DNA of 64,000 nucleotides from Yuukianura sp. NJ FZ-2021 (Eukaryota): NCBI GenBank assembly GCA_046563655.1, contig CM102286.1, positions 15,004,001 to 15,068,000 of the forward strand, read 5' to 3'. Shown piece by piece: positions 1 to 9,679 of this stretch (position 1 is its first letter; each line of letters starts with the position of its first letter). The notes under the pieces were generated by a model. It saw only the letters and a program-made list of their open reading frames with translations, ran no database searches and was not told where the DNA came from. The position numbers and the translations under genes were made by a program.

Positions 1-333
1 AAAGAAAGAGAGTGGGAAGAGGAGCTGCTAAGGGCCATGGAGGCCTCAGGGCTCACCTCACCCAAGGCCCCCTCCAAGGACCCCCGACTCTCAGACTCAC
101 AGATCTCAGGCGGAGGGTCCCCCCTGTCCAGCAGCAGTCTCTCCATGGCAACCAAGGACTCCCCCACCTCCCCCTCGGGGGGCAAGGACGAAGTACCCCC
201 GCACCAACCCCTCACACAGTCTGGCTCCACTGAAACTGCCCCCACTGAACAGTGGGAAAATAAGAAAACGAACTGGGCCAAGAGCAGAGCGGTGACGATG
301 CCAGAGGGGTCCAAGGACAAGAACAAGTCATGA
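1..333 (+). CDS. Probable 3' terminal exon of an upstream gene; Ser/Pro-rich low-complexity C-terminus, product unknown
   Basis: Frame is open from base 1 (KEREWEEELLRAMEASGLTSPK...KDKNKS*), GC-rich relative to the AT-rich flank, stop at 331-333; no family recognised. Confidence 0.5.
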   Translation, partial: KEREWEEELLRAMEASGLTSPKAPSKDPRLSDSQISGGGSPLSSSSLSMATKDSPTSPSGGKDEVPPHQPLTQSGSTETAPTEQWENKKTNWAKSRAVTMPEGSKDKNKS

Positions 334-1056
334 GGCACCAACAGTGACCTTCGACCTTTCACTTTTGAAAAGGTCAAAGGTCAAGGTGAAATGATCTTTG
401 ACTTTTGAGTTATGAAAAGGTCAAAGGTCAAGGTGAGAAGGCGCAATATCACAATGCAGGACCACAATGGAGACAGTCAGCCTGGGACTGCTATAAATTG
501 TACCAAAGGAAATAGAGAGCACTTAAGTGTACCTTTCCTACCCCTTACAGTCTACATTCTTCGACTTTTCTTTAAAGTATAATTTTATTTAACTGTTTAA
601 TAATATTTAGTAAGTTTTTGTTCACTTTTCATAAAATATTTCGGTTTTGAAAATGTTTTGGTTTCATTAGTTAAACGTGGCGTGATACTTTATGGAAGAC
701 TTTCCAACAAAGAGTATTCGTGGTTATAAGATTTAGAATAAATTTAAAAGTTGATTTGATGCGTGGGTTGTTACCGCTCTTCAATTCTGGATTTGCATAA
801 CTTCTTTAAGGTATAATAACAGCGTTCCACCTTTGCATTAAAACAACACACTTCAAAAACACTTGTGTTTTGCTATTACATCAATCTGTCAATCTATAAA
901 AAATAGCCTCGAAAATGCAAACAAACACTTCCAAGTATTACAATTTGCGTCATAAAAACTATAAAATTAATTCAACTTCAACAACAAAGTTCAGCAGTTC
1001 CAAAACCGCTTTTTAAAAACACCTCAGAATTAAACTTTAGTAAAATTTTAAAAAAA

Positions 1057-1733
1057 ATGAATTTGCGACTTTTCACTTTAGTATATTTTTGTGTGACTGT
1101 GTCATTTAATACTGGAAACGCCGGTAAGCCTAATTTTTTTTCTCCAAATTTTTGAAAAACGGCTAAAATTTCATAAAATGTTTTATTGTAGGGTACACTG
1201 GGCCGATGACATTGGCAGGGCTAAACTTGGTGAAAGAATTTGAAGGTTTCCGGGCCAACTTCTACCGAGATTCAGCAGCAAGACATTTAAATTATATTTA
1301 ATTATACTTTTTAATAACATATAATTAATTATATTTTATTACATTTTGTAGGGAATTCGTACAATTGGTTATGGACATGCGTGTCACGTGGGAGACAAAT
1401 GTGATGGAATTAAGGCTCCGATTTCAAAAGAATTTGGGAGGGACGCAACTTCTCAGTCAAGATTTGAAAATTTTCGAAAACTGTGTCAACCGAAACGTGA
1501 AATTTCCAAATCTGAACGACGCTCAATTTTCAGCTCTTGTTTCATTTTCGTTTAACCTTGGTTGTGGATCGCTACAAAAATCGACACTCTTAAAACTCTT
1601 GAATGCTGGAAAAACAAAAGAAGCGAGTTTGGAATTTAAAAAGTGGAATCGCGGCGGAGGAAAAGTTCTGCCTGGCCTCGTGCGACGACGTGAAGCAGAA
1701 CGTCAACTTTTTTGTTCAAAAGGTGGCTGCTGA
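1057..1733 (+). CDS. Secreted GH24 (phage-type) lysozyme, 3 exons (1057-1123, 1192-1277, 1352-1733); 4-bp duplication frameshift near 1436-1443 (pseudogene allele or assembly error)
   Basis: Signal peptide MNLRLFTLVYFCVTVSFNTGNA; spliced catalytic motif LVKEFEGFRANFYRDSAGIRTIGYGH (E..D..T triad); C-terminal LNDAQFSALVSFSFNLG and WNRGGGKVLPGLVRRREAERQLF typical of GH24. Removing 4 nt of GGGAGGGA gives a 176-aa ORF. Intron 2 has a GC donor (GCAAG). Confidence 0.9.
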
Positions 1734-2191
1734 AAAAAATATGAAAATTATATAAAATCAACTTTTAGAATTTTTTTGTAGTTAATCATAATCAAGCGGA
1801 AACTAGTTGCAACCACGTCATTTGTTTTTTGCTATTTTTACAAAGTGAGAAACGACTAACACAACCATTCAGTAAAAAAAAAATAATGTCAATCAATTGT
1901 CAAGGTCTTCAAAACTGAAACCTGTTCTTCATTGTATCTCCTTTGAAATGTTTTTTGTTTCAAATCTTTTTTGACCACTTCAAAAAACCTTAATCTTCGT
2001 TACGCCTGGTTTAGTTCAAAACTTCGCACCAAATAAGATTGTACTGTTTAATTTTAGTTTGGAAACTTGTTTGGAAATTCAAACTTTTGTAAAAATTTTT
2101 GTATAAAATTTCATGATTTCCAACAAATCACTTTAATTTTTAAAAACTTAAAAAATTTGAAATTGAAGAGTGATTTTTATCAAAAAGTGGA

Positions 2192-3684
2192 ATGGAGCGT
2201 TTCAAATTTTTGTTTGTTCCGATTGAGGCTGTTGGTCACTTCAACGCTTGCATAGGTCTTGGTCAACGACTACTTTGGAGAGGTCACCGCGTCATTTTCG
2301 CGACGCCAAACAGTTTTCGCGGGAAATTGGAGCCGTTTGGATTCGAAGAAGCTTATTTCCAAGATCCAGATGAAATTGAATCTACTGAAAAGTGGGGAGA
2401 AATTGTGGCTGCAATGGCACCTAACGCTTGGCATGCCACCGCTCCAGAAAATGGAATTTTTGCATTTCGCACTCTACGAAGAATGTGTCAAAAAAGCAAT
2501 GGACTCGGATGAAATGTTGCGTGGAATTATGAATGCAACCAAACCGGATGTTGTCATTGTTGACAACGTAGTTCACCTTCCAGCAGTAATGGATACTGGT
2601 AAGTTTTTTGAAAAAAATAAAGAAAAAGTTTGAAAATTTTTGTAAAATTTTGAATTTTGAAATTTTGAAGGTGTTCCATGGGTGTTGTCAACTTCACTAA
2701 ATCCACTTGGAATTTATTTGAACGACAAATTGCCGCCAGCTTTCACTGGCTACCCAGTTTTTAATGCTGACCACGCCCTCTGGAAGAATTATAACCAAAA
2801 AGAGCGCCAACTTTTTGAAAAACTGTTTTCGAAATTTAGTGACTGGGTGCCAAAAAAAGCAGGACCACATCTAGATTTCAAATTTTTGCCATATTGGCTC
2901 GAGCTGTCGCCGTTTGCCAACATTTGCATGTTTCCAGATGAAATGGCCTACGACATACACTCTCCGCTGCCTGCTCACTGGCAGAGATTTGACGCTTTCA
3001 TGCGAAAAGAGGAGGGAACTTTTGAAATTCCCTCGAAACTTCAAAATTTACCGGGAAAACTGATTTACTTTTCAATGGGGTCCATTGGCTCTTCAGAACT
3101 TGGACTGATGAGTAGACTGCTTCAAATTTTGGCCAAATCTCCCCATCGCTTCATCGTTTCCAAAGGTATATGTGAGATTCATGGCTTGAGAGACAAAGAG
3201 AGCGTAGAGCAAGCCCCCTTCACCCCCCCCCCCCTTTTTTTTTGAATTTTCCGCCAAAAAGTAACATTTTGTTTCAGGTCCACTTGGAGATAAAATTGAG
3301 TTGCCAGGCAACATGTGGGGAGAAGATTGGTTGCCACAGACGCTGGTGATTCCGCTTGTGGATTTGGTGATTACGCATGGTGGCAACAACACAGTCACAG
3401 AAACGTTTTCTCTTGGAAAACCGTTGTTAGTGTTGCCACTTTTTGGTGACCAACCAGACAACGGCTCACGCGTGGAGGAAACGGGACACGGACTGACGTT
3501 TCAGCCGTACCACGTCACGGAAACGGAGTTGTTGAATGGAATTGAAAAGCTGTTGGCAGATGACCTTCTACAACGACGCATGCGCACGATTTCAAAAAGA
3601 ATCCAAATGTCCAACTCTCAAGAACGGGCTGCAGACGTAATCGAATCAGTGGCAACCAATAACCCAAAAAAATCAAATACTTAA
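2192..3684 (+). CDS. UDP-glycosyltransferase (GT1), cytosolic bacterial/mite-like type, 3 exons (2192-2598, 2671-3165, 3278-3684); +1 frameshift near 2423
   Basis: N-terminal GHFNACIGLGQRLLWRGHRV, LIYFSMGS, and UGT signature WLPQ...LVITHGGNNTVTETFSLGKPLLVLPLFGDQPDN; GT-AG introns in consistent phase; removing one A in CCTAACG gives 435 aa; no signal peptide or C-terminal transmembrane helix. Confidence 0.9.
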
Positions 3685-3988
3685 AATAAGTAATTACAGA
3701 TTAATTAAACCAGCCGATTCGTTTTTTGCCGATTTGGAAAATGAATCGGGTTATTTTGCCGATTCGCAAGAAGAATCGGCAAATATTTTCCCGATTCTCG
3801 CTCTCCTTTCCCTCCACAATTTCAGTTTTTATGAAAATTAAAATTTAAAGCCGAGACTGACAGTTATTGAATGAATATGACGCGACGGATAAATTTAATT
3901 CCAATTTGAAGTCTACAAAGGATTTAGGTCAGGAAAAATTTGAAATGCTGTTGAAACTTTTGGTTGATGAAATTGATTTTGGAAGAAG

Positions 3989-5285
3989 TTAAGCTAAAGT
4001 TTGGATTATCTTTCCGTGTTCAGCAAATTGGTTGATGCATGCGATGTGCTTCTTCCCTCCCGAATTGCATATAAATCCAGGAGGATTAAAAACGGCAGTG
4101 TCTTGCTTCGTCAGCAGCACTTTTGCCACTTGTTTGAATCGCACGACGCATGCGCGTTTCACCATCTCAACCTCCTTGTCTCCACTGGGCTTGACACAAA
4201 CGCGCTCATTTGGATTCCGCATAGTCTCGTTGTACTCAGTCGTCTTACATTTCAAATAAGAAAATTCAAAAACATATTTTCTAAACAACAAATTTTAAAA
4301 ACACGTTTTTAAAACAAGAAATTAAAAGATCATGTGTACCTGTGCGTAGGAGAAGCTACAAGCTCTGTCACAAACAGTCGTGCACTTTTTGTCAATGTCA
4401 TAACAAGTTTTAAAAATCCCGGGTTTTATAAGATCCTCGTGTGACAAGATTTGGTCACACTCTTTAACCCGCACACACCCTGACTTTGCCATAGTCGGCA
4501 TCTTTTACAAAACAAAAATTCAAAAAAAGTTATTTTTAAAAGTATTTTTTTCATAATTTGGACAAATTTTAAAAATATTCTTGAAAAGTCGTACGACAGT
4601 CTCTCCTCCTGCTTCTTTTCTAGCAACTTTAGTTTCCGTCATAGATCCCGCGCATGTCAAAAACACCAATTTCTTCCTCCCATAAATTTGTTTGCACAAG
4701 TATATCCCTGTTGATCAAAAGACAAAACGTAAAATCGTAAAACTAAAATTTTGAAAGTTTTTTTTTAGAAATTTGAGAAAATTGAGTGCCTGTTAAGTTA
4801 ACGATGAATCTAGGGTACTGATCTTGGAGTGCATTGAGACTCTTCAAACATCTACTTTCGTAATCAGAATTTTTACGCACTCGCATACAATCTGTTCCAG
4901 GCGGATCTACTGGCTCCGCAAAATAGTTGACTGTAATAGCCTTCAAAAAATTTCAAAATTTAATTTTACTTAAAAATCTAAATTCGTTTACAAAAATGTA
5001 CAGAGTTGAAAAAAGTTGTTACTTTGAAGAATCCAATTAAACAAGTGCCGTTTCCTTGTTCGACGTTACAGGAAGCTTTGATGGACTCATTTTCAATGTC
5101 TTCCATTTTCAGAATTCCCTCACATTGCTCAGCAGTTTTACATCTCTGCAAAAATTATTCAAAATTTCAAAAACACTTTGACTAAACTACTTTTTCTTTT
5201 GTGAAATTTTGATTTGTGCCCTCACATCCTCGGCATTTGTGCCTGCCAGTATGCCAAAAACCAAAAAGTAACGAATCGTTTTCAT
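3989..5285 (-). CDS. Secreted cysteine-rich protein of unrecognised family, about 287 aa, 6 exons (5285-5226, 5145-5023, 4940-4790, 4707-4595, 4501-4340, 4243-3989)
   Basis: Signal peptide MKTIRYFLVFGILAGTNA; GC-richer exons separated by ~80-100 bp AT-rich introns that splice in frame; the exon 3 donor is uncertain (CAG|GC assumed). Confidence 0.7.
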
Positions 5286-7506
5286 CGCTTCTGAAATTTA
5301 ACTAAATTTTAATTAAATTTTAAATTTTTTGTGATTTGTCCGATAAAGTTAAGGTGGTAAAAGTACGAAAGTGACTAAATTCTGCAACGCTCTATGACGG
5401 CTTTTGGGAATTTTTTTTTAGAAATTGAGGACATGGGAATGACATTTGACCAAATCAATCCATTTTTTGCACTTTTAAAATACAATACGAATTTCTAGTC
5501 TGCAAATGTGTGTCAATTGTGTTTAAAATTACCCTAGTTAAACCCCTCGTCTGAAAAATCAAAAGCTATTTGAGCTCGCTCTAGAAAAAAAGTTTGTCCA
5601 AACGTTATGAATTTTTGTCACTGGAGGACGTGCACGATGAGCTTCATCCAAATTTTGAAAATTTAGTACAAGAGGTAGCGTGTGCAGGTCAACAAAATTG
5701 AGTCTCTTAAAAAGTGAAAATTTTTAGCGAAATTGACAAAAAAAAATTGATGCAAACTCCGCACTTGAAGTAAAGTACAGATTCTAAATGTTGAGAAAAT
5801 TTAAACTCAAAATTTAAATCTAGTGGTTTACTGTATTTGTTAGACTGAGTTTACGTTTTAGAACACTTTTTATTTTGTGTTTTTGAATTTTGAAAATGTT
5901 TTTTGAAACGTTGATGTAACAGGAAGATATAAATTTGGTTTAGGAACACGAGAAGTGCAGAGTTCATTAGAAGTCCAAGGAGGAAGTAACTTTACAGGAG
6001 AATCTCAGGAGAGAAAGTGAGTTTCAAATGAAATAAATTATGAACAAATCTCAAAGTGTCTTTCATCACGCGCAGACTCAAAGATGTTGGACTGTCCACA
6101 GAGACTTTCTCCCAACAACACACGAATACTCAAGTAGCCTCCAGTTTTCAGAAAACAAGATACAGATTTACTCCAAATTTTAAACAGAATTGTAAAAAAC
6201 GAAACATTAGTTGGAAGAAAGTAAAAAGAATGGGGCAGGGACAGGAGAAGCCACTTCATCTTCACTTCTCTCATAAATGTGGCTTTCCTTGCAATTTTTG
6301 GTGCTTTTGCAAATAAACTTTCTCGTTTTTGCAAAATTCAGCAACTTTTTTTTTTCCATTTTCTTCATAGACACTCGTAAAATTACTCCCCTGTCATTTT
6401 GCAAATCATGAAATTTTCAAATCCGCATTTCCGTTCAGCCCCATTTTTGGCCTTTTGCCAAAATCAGTTTTTTGAAAATTAGTCTTTTTCGAAGAAAACA
6501 TTTTCTTAATGTCTCAAAAATTTGAGTCTTGTACAAAAAATTTTGTGTTTCTGAGTTTTCAAAAACTTGGTGAAAGTTGGGACTTTCTCTTATGTTTTCT
6601 TAGTATTGTGGAACAATAGATGGCGTAATGGCATAGTTTTTGAAAATTTGATTAGACATTCCACAGACGGTTAACTTTGAGTGGTAGTTTTAATTAAACT
6701 TTTATTTCCATGTCGATTGGTTCAATTAGTCCAATTAAAAGTAATTTTTACTATAAAATGTACTTACTTTACAACCTAGCTGAGTTTCAAAATTTTCTGA
6801 CTTGTTGAAACAAACTTTCGAAAAGGTGAGACAATTTCAGACCTTGAGAGATTTTAAATTTATTTTCTTGGTGACCTTTGCCCTGTCGGAAAAAGCTAAA
6901 AGTATGGTACATCACTTTTCAAAAACACCAAAGATAAATTTTTATCAACTTTCAGAATTTGTTTAAACTTTCATAAGTTGTTGTAGATTCTAAAAAAAAG
7001 GTTAAGCAGCCACGGACGAACTTAAGAAAAAACTCAACACTGCCTAACAGGCAATGCACAACATTTCCAATCTCTTCAATTTTACAACCTCTGAGACAAA
7101 GTTAAAATTAACTTTAAAGTAAGTCTAACTTTAGAACAAAATTGTTTTGTGTTAAACCAACCAAATTGTAATCAACCGTATTTTTCTTGAAACTGACTCT
7201 AAGGTTCGTGATTCACTTCCAACTGTGGTCACAATTCTCATTAATTTGCGTAATTATCACGCCCATTAAAAAGTTATAGCTAAAATCTCCACGCAATTGT
7301 GGTGTAAACTTCCAACGTTTCTTTTAGTGCACAAATTTTATGATTTCGCTTTTTCTCCCAATCATTGGAATAAAACTCTCCGTTTGACTCAATTTCAACT
7401 CCATTGTTAAAAACACTCACAGCTTCGAACTTGCTACTGGGAAGCATTTTTGAAAAATAGTTTTCGAAATTGCAATTTCCGACTTTTTTTAAAAGTTTTT
7501 TGAAAA

Positions 7507-7943
7507 ATGAGACATTACACAATTGCTGCGGTTGTCCTTGTTGGACTTTTGGCCGTGACAGCTTACCCAGTTCCTGATGAAGGTGAAGCAGAAGCACCTT
7601 CCAGTGGATGGGACTGGGGTGCAGGTAAATAAAATTAGTTTTAACTTATGAAAATTAAACTTTAAATATTAAACTTATGATTTAAATATTTGAAAATGTG
7701 TTTTTAGCGTTCAGAAATACAAAGAATGCACTTGCAGAGAAGAGTAAGCAATTGGCTGAATCAGTTCAGAAGGGAGCAGAATCGCTGAAGGAGAAGGTCA
7801 CTCCAGCGCTGCAACAAGCGTCTCAAAAAGTGAATGAAGGCGCTGAAAAGCTTAAACCGACGCTGAATAGCTGGAAAGACAGTTTTTATGGATTCACAAA
7901 GGGATTCGGAAGTCAGGCTGCTGCTGAACCTGAGCAAGAGTAG
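7507..7943 (+). CDS. Small secreted amphipathic-helix protein (apolipoprotein/LEA-like), 117 aa, exons 7507-7624 and 7708-7943
   Basis: Signal peptide MRHYTIAAVVLVGLLAVTA; phase-1 GT-AG intron; 11/22-residue periodicity with Pro punctuation (VQKGAESLKEKVTPALQQASQKVNEGAEKLKPTL). Confidence 0.75.
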
Positions 7944-8637
7944 AAAAAATACAACTAAACATAACTTTTTGCATTCAACCAAATAGATTCATACGTCTTA
8001 ACTTTATTTAAACAATTTTGAAATTTTGAAAGTAATACATATGGAAATAAAAAACAAAACAAAAACAATTTCATTGTAGTTTGAGTCTAAATTTCGAGTT
8101 TCCCAAAACAGAATTTTGGAAACCAGGTTTTCATGAACCCCAAAAAAGTAGTAGAAATTTTTTGTAACTTTTTGAAAAATAATTTCAAGTTTCTCAAACT
8201 TTTTAATAAAATTAATTCAAATATTAGCAAAGAAAAAGCTAAAGTTAAACCACACATCAAATTTGGAAATAAAATGGTTGTAATTTTGTATTTTGTGGCC
8301 ACAACTCAGTGCATGGTTACAAAAGAAACCGAATAAAGTTTGGTGGTTACGGATTAGAATACGGGGTAACCCCAAGAGGTAACCACCGTCTTTTCAGATA
8401 ACCGTCGGTGGTTACGCTCTTGTCTTATGCTTCGGTGGTTACCAATAGAACACGGGAGGTAATTGGTTAATTGAATTCTTAGATTAGCCAATTGAACAAA
8501 CCACCTTAGGTGACACGTAGCCCAGAGGTCAGGCATTTAAAATGTCAAGCATTTCCAATCCTCAAATCCATTCTACACTCTGTCTCACTTTTCTACTAAA
8601 ACTTTTTGAAAAGTTTTGAAAAACTAAAATTTTGAAA

Positions 8638-9279
8638 ATGGACCGTACGTTGCTTGCTTTTGTGCTGATTGGTGTTGTGGGTTCAGTCATTTCAGGAAGC
8701 GTCATTTCCAGTACAAATGATGCAGCCCTTAAGGGTGTCATGGACAAGGCCAAGGGGGGACTTGAGAAACTGCTGGACACGGCTGAAAGTACTGCTCAAA
8801 CTGTAAGAGAGAAAACGCTTGCCAATCTCCAGAACCTTCGAAAGCAGTACGATGACAGTATGCATCCAAAATTGAAAAACTTAGATTATAACAAATTTTA
8901 AATTTTTGTAAAAATTTATAATTTTGTATTTGCAATAGACTTCAGTGCCGCCCGTGCCCAGATTGAGGCTGCAAGTCAGAAGCTGAAAGAGTCTTTTACC
9001 CGGAACTACGCCTCGATTTTGAGCACTTTGAAAAGAAATTCCGACAGCATCACGGACCAAATCAAACCAAATTTCGAAAAGAGTTTGGACAATTTCAAAA
9101 AATCTTTCAGTGATTTGGCTGACAAGATTCCAGCGGTCAAAGGTCACTTGGAGGAGTCAGTTTCTATGCTACAGGAGCGTGCTAACGCTGTTTTCGCTGC
9201 AAATGAGGCCAAGTTAGACGCTGTTGAAAAAGAACTCAAGGAACAATTCGACGCTGGAATCAAAGAACTCACCATCTAA
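8638..9279 (+). CDS. Secreted apolipophorin-III-like amphipathic helical protein, 186 aa, exons 8638-8857 and 8939-9279
   Basis: Signal peptide MDRTLLAFVLIGVVGSVISG; phase-1 GT-AG intron joins the two ORFs; Cys-free and A/K/E/L-rich; size matches apoLp-III; AATAAA at ~9364. Confidence 0.75.
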
Positions 9280-9679
9280 ACTTCCAAAATTTTCAAACTT
9301 TTTTTCAAATTTTGAACAAAATTTATATGCTATCGAATTGAACTCCCTCAGTGTCCAAAACTAAATAAAAATTTACTCCAATTTTCAACACTGAATTTCT
9401 ATTATTTTCCCTCTCATTTGTTTCCTTTCTTTTAAACGTGTTTTTTTTTTCAAAATTTAAAAGTTGCAAATTGAAAAATTGTCCAATCGGGAAGATAAGT
9501 TTACAAATTTTTCAAAACTTAAAATCAAAAAGTGACCGCAGACATTAGTGGCAATTAGGAAGTGGGAAGCCGAATGATGTTTGGTCAAACCACAAAAAAG
9601 TTGTAGTGGTCAGCACAATCAAAGTTACTTTTGAAATGTCAAATCAAGGTCAAAGGTCATTTTAAGGTCAACGTGTTAC

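Noticed and set aside
694..705. kB-like palindrome GGAAGACTTTCC upstream of the lysozyme
   Set aside because: Single imperfect match that could arise by chance
1365..1440. N-terminus of the ORF-track lysozyme (MVMDMRVTWE...)
   Set aside because: Wrong frame upstream of the frameshift; the real sequence is GIRTIGYGHAC
1057..3684. Bacterial or phage contamination
   Set aside because: Both genes have spliceosomal introns with the same AT-rich style as neighbouring animal genes
5600..6340. Possible small spliced gene on + (exon-like 5923-6016 and ORF 6056-6316)
   Set aside because: Could not build a consistent start-to-stop model or recognise any motif
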